A stretch of 63,645 bases of DNA, the filler included, from Sluysia triapertura (lineage: Eukaryota): the NCBI GenBank assembly GCA_046118255.1. It is 5 parts of 5 records of this genome, joined end to end, with 100 filler letters (N's around TTAATTAATTAA, not from the genome) between each part and the next. Parts side by side here need not be neighbours in the genome. Positions count along the whole stretch, not along the records: positions 16,633 to 28,170 come from JBJNIA010183557.1; positions 28,271 to 40,569 come from JBJNIA010122195.1; 3 more parts are not named here. One strand, 5' to 3'. The translations under genes and the position numbers were made by a program. Under the pieces are notes generated by a model. The model searched no databases. It was given only the letters and a program-made list of their open reading frames with translations, and was not told the origin of the DNA. The stretch's first letter is position 1; each line of letters begins with the position of its first letter. Shown piece by piece: positions 19,401-32,808 of this stretch.

Positions 19401-22400
19401 CGTAAATTGTGTAATATTAAAATGTAATATGTATTTATTGTAATAGAATGTTATACATAATGCTCATTCTTCATTTTAAAATAAACTCATTCTTAATAAA
19501 ATAATTGTTAAAATATAATATTTAAAATATTGGTTAAAAAATATTAAGATTATAATGCTTTAGTATCAATTTAAAATGAGATTTTATATAGTTAATATAA
19601 ATTCAAAATTCAATAACAAACAACAATTAAATTTAAAGTAAAAATGTAGAAATAATTATTTTAAAGTAAGATTCTATAAAGACAATATGAAATTAAAATA
19701 TATAAATATTAAACCTTATTAATGTAGTCAATAAATCACTTTAAATTAAGAATCAATAAAAGTAATATGAAATCAAACTTTAGGAACATAAAATCCGATC
19801 AAAATTATCTTAAAACATGATTTAGAATATTATAATATATAATCTGAAATTATATTAAATCAAAGTTTAAAAGCATTATAATCGAATAAAATCATAATAT
19901 TGAATAGAACTAGTATGTAATTAAAAATTAACAACGCTATACCCGATCAAAATTAAGTTAAATTAAAGATGTAATAGAACATACAAAATTACTTCATAAT
20001 TAATGATAATAATAATAATAAAATTATATTACATGTTGATAATATTAACAAAATTAATAAATTAATATAGATTATAATATTAACTCGGATGGATTGAAAG
20101 ATTAAATTGTACTGAATTATCATAAACAATTATTATAATATTTTGAACAATTATTTGAATACATTCTGCTGAATTATTGTTGTAAAAATTATTATCAGTA
20201 ATTATTGTAATAAATATATTAACAATCTTGTTACGAATTGGTATAAATATTCGGATCTAATAACACTATCATTATTGCATTTGAAGAAGAGAAGAAACAT
20301 TTCGTGATTTAATCAAAGGCCAAAGAATTAATATTATTTCATTTAATAAGGTATTATTTTGTTTTTCAATTCATCCTAATTAACCAATATTTAAATATAT
20401 ATTTATATAAAACAATTAAATTGATATTAAATAAATTTATTAATATATGCCAATAAAAATACTTTTATATCATCAATAGTTCAAAATCTGATTAATAAAT
20501 ATTTATTATTTTGTGTAATTTTTCCTTAAAGTAGAATAAAAGGAGGTTGACAATAGAACTCAGCTCATCTAGTAATTCATTCGATAATATTAGCATTGCG
20601 ACTATAAGTTAGTATTGAGAATTAAGCACATAATTAGCACTTTTAACCTGAATAACTATGACGAGTATACGAACTTATACCTCCAGATGATTGGTTTAAT
20701 TACTTAAGAGTTAAAAAGAAAAATTAAAGGATATAAATATTAGATAAATGTTGAGTAGAGTTGAAATAATAAAAGAGTAATAATTTTAAGATTTACATTG
20801 TAATTAAAAGTGAGAATATCATTGAAGCAATCTAAGTTATTAAGTAGAAAGAAATTTGGATTATTAATAAAGGACAAACCTCCATTGCAAGTACATACGA
20901 GATCTATAAAATATATAACAGCACTCAGTCACATTTAAATTTTACAAAAGTTCAGTAAAGTAATCAAAAGGCAAAAACATAATACATAATTTTTAAAGAT
21001 TTAATCATTCACTAAAAAAATTTCACTGTTTTTTACCAGAAGCATTTAATTTACAAAGCTAATTTTTTACATTATTATTATTATTATTATTATTGCATAA
21101 TTAGTTGACATAATATTAAATTAACAAATTCTTATATTTATTTTGTTATATCCGAAAGTATAAATTTTTATTAAAATTAAAATACTGTAATAAGTTTCTT
21201 ATAAATTAAATTAAAAATTCTTTATTTTGTTACTAAAAATTATTATAATGGACAATTAATTGAATTCATGCTACTTTTAAAATCTAAATGGAAAATTTAG
21301 TTATATAACAAATGTGATTTATGCATTTATTATTTATTATTAATATGATTTATTATTTAATTTTAATAAATAATGCTAACAATAATTAAACTGACTTTAT
21401 GCATGTAATGAAAAATTATTATTACCTTATATGATTAGAAAAATGTTTATGTTTTACATGATTTTGTTCATCAAATTCACAATTCATATTATCTTAAATA
21501 CTTTTTATATTTAATGTTAATTTGTCACTGCTCATAGAAATAGAAATGTAAGATTTTAAAAATACAAAATTTATTCAATATCTTCAATTTACTACACTTT
21601 TCTATAGGAAATTACTGAAGTATATTTATTAAAAATGATTTAATAAAGCCACACATGATAAAGTCATTATCGTTCCAACTGTACTTGCTCAAATCGGTAT
21701 CTTGCTGGATAACGTTTTGCTTTATCATAATTTATTATGGTTAATAATTTTTTTGAATTTTATTCTATACCATTTCTATAATCGAAATCTCTCTACGATT
21801 AATTTCTTTTTATTGTTAATTTCTAATGTATACATTTTAGTAATAATATGACCAATTTTTTCTATATATTAGTTAATTTTTGACCGTGTAAATAATTACC
21901 TTATACAATTATTTTGTATTTGTTTTTACTTTTTAATATTCATTAGTTCATTTGTTTATTTCCATTTAATCCGTTGCTTTTCTACTTGCTATTAAATATG
22001 ATGAGTTCTATTCAATATTCTTATTACTATTTTTTTCTTTCTTTCTTTTGAGTTAGAAATGTTCCTAGAAATATTTCTCTGAAATTACTGAAAATATGTT
22101 GTTCCTTTTAGTTTATTAAGTTTTAATTAAATTATTCATTAAAATTTAAATTCATTTTCTCATATTATTTTTTTATTATTGTTATACATTTCTTTACAAT
22201 TTGTAATCATCTTTTACCAATTTAAACAATTGAAAAATATGGCACAATCCTGAAAAACAGCGTTTTAATACTAAACATTTGCACCCAATGTTTAATTTTT
22301 CTTAATAATCTCATTTTTTTAATTTTTGTACTTATCATTAATCAATCTTTTCTCTGTATCTTCGATTACAACATTTATTTGTCCCTCATTGAAATTTTAT

Positions 22401-22741
22401 AATACATATATAAAACATTATATTATTTTTATGAATATTATCACGACCACTTTTATTTTTAATTAAAGCATAATACATAAAGTAATAAATCGTAATTTCA
22501 AATCCAATCCCCTATTTCACAGTAAAATATTAATAAAAATTTATTGGTTGTTTTTAAACATTGGTTATTTATAGAGTTATCCATAATTTCTTTTACTGTT
22601 GTTTAAATCATATAAACACAAAAGTAGTATAAATTCGTAATTTAATTTGAAAAAAATAGATTTATTTTGTTTTAAAGAAAACCAACAATTATGCTAGTTA
22701 GTTTCATTTCAGTCTGCATTGTGTTTATTCATATAATAAAA

Positions 22742-22838
22742 ATGGAAAATACTAATGCAGAACGTATTCTTCGTGAAATTTGTATGCCTCCTATGTTGAA
22801 AGATGTAATGAAAACGATCAACAATTCCGGTGTAGATG
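22742..22838 (+). CDS. Possible first coding exon of an unidentified host gene
   Basis: Less AT-rich island MENTNAERILREICMPPMLKDVMKTINNSGVD followed by a GTTAGT donor. Confidence 0.3.
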
Positions 22839-25464
22839 GTTAGTTTTTTAATTATTTAAACTGTAAGTATATTTTTGGAATAAAATTATTTTTCCTTGAT
22901 AATAATAATAAATATAATAATTTATGTAACGTTAAAATCTGCTATAAATTTGGTAATATATATCATTCATTACATAATATATAAAGAACGTTGACTTATT
23001 AAATATTTCAAAGTCTTTCAATGATTATGATGGTTTCAGATTATTGAAACAAGAATGACATAATTTATCATGCTTATTATTAGTATATTTTAAGGACTAA
23101 TTTTGGTTTCCGCATTTTTTAAATTATTTGAGAGATAATTACTTCCATAACGTAAGCATTTTCAGATAAGGGTCATAATTTTTAATTAAAATTTTGTTTT
23201 TATTCGCTAAGATAATGTGTTATATGAGATCTCTTTCATACTTGAAGAATTAATTTTGATTCAGTAGTAATTACAATTTTCTAGAATTGAGTACAATATA
23301 TGATTATTAAAATCTATATTATTTATTATATACCTACATATTGTGTACTATCCATTTTTAATTCTATATTATATATTTTATAAATATTGTCATTAGAATG
23401 TAAAGTGTAAAATCTTTAATATTACTAAAATCTTTTAATATAAATATGGTCAAATTTTTATGAAAATTGTCAAGTACGAAATTTAACTAAGATTATATCT
23501 ATTGTGTTAAGATGGAAGCTTCTTTTATTTGACAAATTAGCATTGCTGTGATATTTTGAATTGATTTTTGTCTATTCTAAAAAAAGCTAAAGTTATCTCA
23601 AATTCAAAGATTATTTGCAAAATGCATTTTATAATTTGTATGATTAAATTTTTAACTAAAATTTTTATTTCAGTTTTACGTTTTAGTCAAAAAATCTTAA
23701 CTAAAATGAAATAGCAAATTTAATACGAGTGCTGCGGTTTTCTTAGCTCTTAACCTATGGCAAAATGAAAGTGAATAGGGTCCTCTTACAATAAACGACT
23801 AATGACGTAGAGTGGGCGGCGTTTCTGTAACTAAATTGACAATCTTAATATAAAGTTTAATGTAAAATCTTTGAATTAATGAGTATTATTCTCTATTACA
23901 ATCGTTAGAGTCAAATCCACTGTAATCTTTATATTTACAATATCAACTCGATACTACTTTAATATTTAATTTTGTCAGATATAAATAATAATAAAGACAA
24001 AACTTATAGCAGGTCGATAATAATATAGTAAGATAAAAACGATGATAAAAAGTGATAGTTTTTAATTAATATGTTTTAAGATATTTAATTCTAAATGTAA
24101 TGATTTTAAGTATAAAATTTTCCCCTCATTAAATCGGGATAGGAAAAATGAAATAAATGGAATTTTAAGTTAGATTTCAATATCTCAATGTTTTGTTGAA
24201 TACGATAAAATTGATCACTGTTGATAATTTTGTCTACAAAATCAACAGACAGTCTTGTATCGGTAATTTGTAATTGATTACTAAAATTTTTATACTAAAG
24301 TTTTGCTAATTATTGGTATAAATTCCATGTTGATCCTTTGGAAAACAAATTTTTAAATCGTGTTATTTACATTGTGTCAAGAAATTAGATTGATGCTAGT
24401 TTACGTACTAGTCATCGGCCAATGAGAATTGAGTCAATTGTCTTGAAAATTCTAGAATTTACGATTAGTTTTTTTTAGAAAATAATTTTCTCTTAAAGAA
24501 TTTAATGATTTTAATTGCTTTTTTGTATTAATTATTGATTTAAAGGATTTTGATAAAAACCTAACAAAAATAATTGAAAATTTTTAAATATTGAATAGTA
24601 TTAAAACTAATATTATAATGATTGACTTCAAGTAATTAATAAAATTAAAAAATAAAAAATTGGATAGTCGGAGCAACGAAATGTCGGGCCATTAAGCCAC
24701 GGTAATTGGGATCAAGAAAGTATGGTCTGAAAACATACAATATAAGAATTATGCTGTGGTTAATTCTTAATTCTTAACATAAATTTTTGCATGACTCGGT
24801 TATAGTAAACGGCTTTTGTCGTAGAGTTGGTGTTCTTGTAGCTAAAATAATCGTGCTTAATCTGAATAATATATATTTCTTTAGTAGTTATTCTTATTCT
24901 ATAGTTATTAAAGGGTCTTTATGCTTGCAAACTTAAATCCATAACATAATATAATCAACTCCAAATTATATTTTTGGTATTTTTCTAACTGAATTCAATT
25001 AATAACAAAGAATATAAAACACAAAACTCAAAAATCATATAAGAAAGGTAAATAATTATAGTTAATATTTTATAATTAAAACTTTTTCAGGTATTTAATT
25101 TTAATTATTTTGATTTTAAATATAAATCATTCCCCTCACTAAATCTGGGTGGGAAAATTAAACTAAAAAAGATTTTCATTGTGATTTTAATACTTTCACC
25201 TCGAGAGCCCAAATAAACTTACAAAAATAGCTTATTGAAAATTAACTAATTAATTAATGAATTTTAGTATTTTCGATTTATTTTTTAGAAAATGTTATTT
25301 TCTTTTTCGAAAATAATCTTTTATGAAAATTGATAATTCTAAAGGGTTGTGATTACTTGCAACCGTTTCCAACAGATCAGCCAATCAATTTAGTTTGACA
25401 TGTGCGAAAAAAATAAAAATGACAAACTATACAATACCTGATCATGTAGTAAATGACATGTAGT

Positions 25465-26058
25465 GGTAGATGCAAATTTTTATTTGAATTCCATCGAAGC
25501 CAAGCAAATATAGGAAAAAATTGGGTTCACTCTGATGCATATATGTAAAAAGCTAAAGTGTGTATTGGCAAGATAAACGGCAAACCAAGGTGGGAATATT
25601 GTGAAGCGGTTGTCCTAATAGATTTTCAATAAAGGACGCGATATCACAATGGACCATTTTCTTACGATTCTCGATCTAGCAAAACATCTGCTCAAAAGAA
25701 GAATTAGGAAAACTTTTTTGCAGGTCAAATTAAATTTCATTTTGGCAGCAAATTTGCTTTAGGTGGTACAACGGTAAATTTATTGAGCAGTTTGCATCTC
25801 GATAAGGTAATATATACGACATCTTAGATCAACTAATAAGGTACTACTCCCTGAATCGAACACGCAAAGTTAGTCAGTTGTTCTCTTTTACTCAAAGATG
25901 AGCCAAATTCAAATTGTAATCTAAATGACGATTCACTTCAGTGAAAAAAAATTCGTAATATTAAACGATGAAGATCACTTATTCGCCATAAGTAGAATAA
26001 ATGCACAAAACAATTATTTATAGAAATTGTTTTTATAAAAAATGTTTTTGAGGGTTAA
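25465..26058 (+). mobile_element. Decayed piggyBac transposon
   Basis: GRCKF..PSKPSKY, GRDITMDHFLT..LAKHLLKR and VNLLSSLH fragments; AGGG-TTAA terminus at 26051-26058. Confidence 0.75.
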
Positions 26059-26350
26059 ATAACAAATTTAAACAATAATGGAATATAAAATAATTACTTT
26101 GGATATTATTTTAGGATTACGAAATCAATTCATCGATAACTATTAATGATTTTTAAATTAAAACATAATTTTGAAAGCCGATTATCTTTTTTAACAATTT
26201 ATATTTTCATAATTATATTTAATAATTATATAAAATATATATAAACTATTTATAATGCATTATGAACTACTACTAACAATTATAACTAAGCGTCTTGAAT
26301 AACTAAAATAATGTAAAAATATGAAAAATAAAATAATAGCAATAATACAC

Positions 26351-26351
<1 letters not shown>

Positions 26352-26410
<59 letters not shown>

Positions 26411-26430
26411 TTAATAATAATAATAATAAT
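26352..26430. repeat. (AAT)n microsatellite
   Basis: Tandem aat run. Confidence 0.95.
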
Positions 26431-28170
26431 TTTAGTGATTTAATAAATAATATGATTTTATTTAATAATAATAAGTATTTTAATAAATTTTACATTATTA
26501 TGCAAATTATAAATTTCTACATTTATTTCTGCATTTCTAAATGTATACATTAATTATATATTTTTATAATATTTTACATTTTACAATTACTTTTATACAA
26601 TTACTATTTTACATAACTAATCTTAATCATAATATAACTAAGCTTAGAAAGAAATTGGTCATATGATACAATCAACTATAGAGAAATTAACAATAGAATT
26701 GTTATTATAGAATGGTTATTAATTATGATTATTATTTTTTGTTATTATTTATAATTCAAGACAGACTCATTGAGTGAGAGTAATTCATTTCATTTTCGAT
26801 ACTTGATATAGTGTTTTATGCTAAAAGGAACAAGAATGTTTATTACAAGTCAAATAGTAGTGATTTAAATGTAATAAAAATTAAACGAAAACTTACATAA
26901 ATATATATTGCTACCTACAGAATAAGTTTATTAAACGTGTACGTTTATATCTGCAAGACTAAAGAGCTATTTAGTTTTATGGAATCTTGGAGTTTATTGG
27001 TGTCAAATAGTCAAGATTTAATTTAAATTTTCATCAATTGTGTAATAAATTAAATATGCAAACAAAATCTTTTTTAATACCACTTTTCTTATATTAGAAT
27101 TTATTATTGTTCTTTTACTTTAATTGATGTTATCTTAAAACTTTTTATTTTATTATTTTTTGTAAAGAATTAAATAACTTAAATTCGGAGTCAAAGTTTC
27201 TATTCGTCCTTAGTCTTAGGATAGAAGTGAAAATTTAAAAACACGAATGATGAATTCAAAGATTTATTAGACACATAGTATGCAATACTGAAAATAAGTG
27301 ATACAATATTTCAACTCAAACTTAGTATTAATTAAATTTTAACTTAAAATAAGTTATAATGATTTATTGATGCTAATATTTAATATACAAAATTACAATC
27401 ATATAGACGATAATGCATAATAATGAGCTATTTGTTTAATTTAGCTATAAACTATTTTTTTTGATTTTATATGAACTATAAACTGTTTTTATGTGGATTA
27501 TCTGGAATTAATTTATTAAATTTTATACGAATCAGGAATTAAAAATTAATGCAAGTTGTTTTATTAATTGAAATAAATTATTTGTTAAAGTAATAAAAAG
27601 AAGTTAAAACTTGCAAACAGTTATTAAATTAAAATATTATATAATATTTGCTTATTTAAGCTAAATATTTATGTATGTCAAGATAATAACAAATTTCAGT
27701 ATATAAACATAAACGTTTTCACCAACAACACACATAACAATTACAATTCTATTTAAAAGTTTTTTAAAGTTCGATAGGATCAGTTTTTTAAAGAAGATTT
27801 GGTTTTTTAGAAAATCCATTTTTTTTGGGAAAATCCATTACAAAACTTTAATATTTGTTTTAATAAATTTTGAGCAATATTTTTACATTGCAAAATAAAA
27901 TGCACGTAAATTATTTAACATTTAAATTGTTAACGAAGAAAAATATTTTTTAAAAATCCAATTCATATAAAATTATTAATATACAATAATCTTGACAAAA
28001 TTACAAGTTATTATCATAGTTTTGTGAGAAATGTAGAATAAAGTAAGTTAAAGATGTGAGTCCACCAACGTACTGGACTTACCTGCTAGGACCAGCCGTT
28101 GGATTTTTAAAGATAAATTTAAAGAGTAAGTCTCTGGAGTACCTTTTTATCTAGAGGTGAATATTCTTTA

Positions 28171-28270
28171 NNNNNNNNNNNNNNNNNNNNNNNNNNNNNN
28201 NNNNNNNNNNNNNNTTAATTAATTAANNNNNNNNNNNNNNNNNNNNNNNNNNNNNNNNNNNNNNNNNNNN
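28171..28270. other. Artificial contig linker
   Basis: N-run + TTAATTAATTAA + N-run. Confidence 0.99.
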
Positions 28271-30866
28271 GAGGAAAGCCTCTATATTGAGCAAAGTCGA
28301 ATTTTAATTAATTTTTAATTTAAAATGATGAAATTAACATGTTTAGATTGATGAAGAGATTATGAATGATTTCTATGAAATAGGAGAATCCGAAATGAGG
28401 TTGAAATGTTTGTGAAATGATTCGGTTGGGAATGAGAACCTTAAACATTTTCCATTAAGAAATTGAATGTGAGGAATTGAAAATTAATTAACATGTAAAA
28501 GCTAAAGTTAAATTCATTATTTTAAGTATGTAAATAATAATAATAATTGTTATTTTTATGTAAGAAGTGATTCATGAAAAACTAGATCGAGTAGAGCAGA
28601 AGAAAAAATGAGAGTTGATTGTTAATTGAATTATTTTGTTTTGCTTGACAGGTCTTACCATGTAAGTGTCAAAGTCGTTTTACTCGGTTTAATCTTTAAA
28701 AGAGGTTTTGATGATTTGTGTAAGAGTAATTCCTGTTTGCGAATGTCGAAATGATTGGATGACAAAAGGTATAAAATAGAAAACTTAGAAATTTTTAGTC
28801 ACACGTAAAAATTGAAATTATTCGCTGCTGATTGCAAACACGAAGATCCATGCTACTATTAACTTTTTATTTTATTTTATTTTGCTTTAAAATATTAATA
28901 TTTCATTAAGAATATTTTATTAGAATCATTTGCAATTAATTTAATTGTTTAATTATTTTTCGCACGACTTAATAAAGATTTGTAGTAAGATTAATTTGTA
29001 ATTAATTTAATTGTTTTTAAGTATTTTTTCAATAAAGATTTTTAGTAAGATTAATTGGTAATTGATCTAATAATTTTTAGTGCTAATATTAATTTGTAAT
29101 AACGTTGATTTGTAATCGATCTAATCATTTTTATAGTGTAACATTAATTTGTGTTAATAATATTTTACAATCATACTGATTTGTGAGTAACATAATAACT
29201 TTTAGTAGTGCCTAATATTAGTTCGTAATGGCGTTGAGCCGTAATTGTTTTAATCGTTAATTTGTTAATATATTAAGTTGTAGTCAATTTAATCATTTTT
29301 AGTAGTACTTGATATTAATTTGTAATAATACGAATCTGTATCTGATATTTTGTTTTTTTTAATTTGATTTTCTTTTTAAAACATTTAATTTTAGGAAGAA
29401 TAATTATTATTACTATTAAGTAAGAAAATTGTTGATAATTAATATTTGAATATAATAGATTTATTTTTTGCAGTTAATTAAATTAATATCTACTTAATTT
29501 AAATAATATTTTGAAAGACTACACAACAACATCACCACTAGCAACACAAATGACAACAATACTAAAAACAACAAATAAACAAATATCATAAACACCGCAC
29601 AATAATATTTTAAATATACCAAGAGTTGTAGTTGCTCTTTGTCCTTCATTAAACTATAATCTTCTCAAAAGGTTTTTTATCCACGATCTTCCAATACTTA
29701 AATCTCGTTTCAATTATGAACTTTAATCACCATCTAAGAACTCATTTCACGACGTAAATCAATTATCATATCTTGAAACGTTAACTACACTTATCAATTC
29801 ATTCAAAACAATTTTTACTTTAGTTCCAAACACATTTTAAATTTATTGCACTATGTTAGAAATCTTTAAGAATTAAAGGAAGATTGTGTATAGTTTTAAA
29901 GAATTCAATTTTATGCAATGCAATAACAACAATAACTTGAACATTGTGAACCTTGTTATTGATGTTATTGCATCCAATTTTATCAATTTTTATTTCATTT
30001 TAATTTATAATATTTTGAGAAGAAAGAGTAGAAGAAAGTAAGCTCGTGTATAATTATTAAAAAGAAATTTGTGAATTTTTCTCCATTTTTCTTTCTTAAT
30101 AATAATAATAACAATATTATTATTATCAAATTATTAAATTATCTGTTAATTAAATTTTTACAAACTAGTACAATTTGTGAATACCATTACCATTGTTGAC
30201 ATGGTTTATCACAATCATCATTATCGTGTCAACACTGATGATGGTCAATCATTGCTAATTATTATTTTTATAATTCAACCCATGCTTTTATAACTGTCAT
30301 CCAAACATTAAGCTATACTCTAAAGAATCCTGATTGGATGACCAACCACAGGTCAGAAACTAAATAGAAAAATTCTAAAAATGAAAAACATGACAATTTT
30401 TTAATAAATCTATGAATGAAAAGAGTATTACAAAATTATAATTTCGCACATTTTAAATCAAATATTGAAGTCTAAATCAGAAATGCAATTCACAAATTAT
30501 CCACATTCAACAAATAATAAATTACTATTTGGTGCTCCTGATTGTGATAATTTTATGAACAACCGCCATCGTTAGGAGAATTCGAAATTTATTTTTCTCA
30601 TATTCGGAAAAAGATGATCCTGATGACAATTGATGAATTTATAATCGAGTCTATATTAATGAATGAACATCGACGACAATCGAGAATTACCTATGATAAA
30701 ATTATTGTTAATTCGTCACATTTACTATCAAGTATTATTTCAAGATTATACAAAAGTTTGATATCTACTTTAAGCTTAAAGTTATACGATAGAGGTCTAT
30801 GGCATAAACCGAATCCTTCAAATTAAATCAATAAATGGAATCAATGCTAGATCAAAAAATGACCTA

Positions 30867-31110
30867 GTGATGTATCAAGTGCAAATAAAATGTTTGATAG
30901 AAAGAAATCCTGAAGTTGGTCATATTTCAAATAATCCAGGAGGTATGAATCATCTCACTCGACTTTATCGAGATGTTCAAGAATCATTAGTGGAAGCTAC
31001 TACTGGTTCTAATCCTTTTGCTAATCTAGGAAGTCGAAGATCTAATATTACAAACTCAATAAATAATCGCTCTGAAAATAACGGGCCATTATCAAATCCT
31101 TGGTCAACTA
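30867..31110 (+). pseudogene. Ubiquilin-like fragment
   Basis: LIERNPEVGHISNNP/GGMNHLTRLYRDVQE..NPFANL..ENNGPLSNPW matches the ubiquilin STI1 region with an internal deletion; no UBL or UBA domain seen. Confidence 0.65.
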
Positions 31111-31809
31111 CAAGTAATAATAGAAATACCAATATAATTGATTCTACAAATACATTTGCCAATTTTGTTCAAATTTTTATCATTAATGTTTGTATTAACG
31201 ATACCATATGTCACTTAAATACGTTGCAAACAAATTCCAAATTTAAGACACGTATTCATCCACAAGTGAAAGTTTTAGATACTGATAGATTCTGTGCTAC
31301 AGAAAGAAGATGGATGATTATCAAATTTCTCCAGAATAAAGTCAAGGATAGTCGTCATGAAACAATACTGACAGTGAAATTTTATTTTATTTATCTAAAT
31401 CCTTATTTTCATCTTTTAATTTTTTAGAATTTGATTCCAGAGTGAGGTCTACTGACGTACAGCCAGATGCAACAGAAAAATCATTAGATAAAACTTTAAA
31501 AATTATTAGTTATAATTTCATTATATTGTACAATTTAATAAATAATAGTTTTCCTATATTTTTTGAATAAAGATTTAAAATTTAAGTTCCTTGAGTTAAA
31601 AAACAAGTTAATGTATCATATGTTATCAATTTTCTACTACTAAGTGACAAACTTGGTAATGATCTACTTATCAAAATTCAGTATCGTAATTTTACAGCAA
31701 GTTATAAATTATTATCACTCGGACATAATGATCTTAATGTAACCCTATTAAGTTATCATAAAATAACATCTAACACTCTTAATTGGTCTTATCATATAAA
31801 TCCAATAAT

Positions 31810-32668
31810 TCCCTAAATTGGCATCTATCTTACAAAATCTCAAAATCCCTAAAACAATGTTCAACTATCACTGAAGTCGGACATACTTGGCGACGACCCA
31901 ATCATCATTAGCCACTACCACAAGAACAAAGTCGGCAAATACCTGCACGAGTTGATCAGCACTTACAATACCAATATCTGGAAGTCTCTATGCCAGGGTA
32001 TCTATGTCGACTCTCTGATGCAGTACCCACTTTCCAAAATATCCTTGTCACTTGAACTGGAAAATAATGCATGGATGCTTATGATCAAGGCCCGGGACAA
32101 CATCCTTAGTCTTAATTTCAGTCCACAGAACATAGGTCTTCATCTGCCAGTATCATGTCGATGGTGTGCCTTCGAATCTGAATTCCTTCTACACGTGCTA
32201 TGTCTACGTTCTCACACAAACACAGCCAGAACAGTTCGGTACAACAAAATCCGGCACGACAAAATGACCCCGAAGGGATTCTTGGTCATCAAGGATTCGC
32301 ATACACCAATTATCGGAAACACTCGACGACCTGACATACAGGCCCGCGGTACTTCCTCATCGCAATTGTTCTTGATTGATGTCAAAACTCTCATGAACCT
32401 GAAGAAAAATTTCGAAATAGCCCGAACCACCAATATTGTTAAGTATTCTGATCTCCAGGGCAAACTGCAGGAACAACTGAAGTTCAAGGTGTCTCTGGAT
32501 ACATTCGTCGTTGGAACCTCGGGCTTATGGGATCCCGAGAATGACAAGTTTCTCACGGCACTTGGCTTCCACAGGACCGAAATCAAGATCCTGGTACGAC
32601 AGTGTGTACGACTAGCTGTGGAGTCCTCGAATAACGCATACCGCCACCATGTCTTACAAGGTCCCTGA
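31810..32668 (+). mobile_element. 5'-truncated non-LTR retrotransposon (R2/NeSL/Utopia-type, RLE endonuclease)
   Basis: CRWC..E..HVLC zinc knuckle, RRPDI..LIDVK..KY..FVVGTSGLW restriction-like endonuclease motifs; GC-richer than flanks. Confidence 0.85.
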
Positions 32669-32750
32669 GTAGAAGAAAGAAGATTACCTTCCTTATCTAA
32701 ACAAGAGAAAGAAGAGACTATTATATTAATACACGTTTTGAAATCACCGA

Positions 32751-32808
32751 ACTGCACAGCGAGAGGTCCGGTTCGATTCCCAATCAGTCCATTTTATAAA
32801 GTCTAACA
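32751..32808 (+). mobile_element. Truncated tRNA-derived SINE
   Basis: GGTTCGATTCC B-box and a tcagtccatttta..aagtctaaca tail shared with 51157-51247. Confidence 0.65.

Noticed and set aside
19233-19427. Poly-Ile/Tyr ORF (and poly-Asn ORF 39133-39315)
   Set aside because: Translations of (ATT)n microsatellites.
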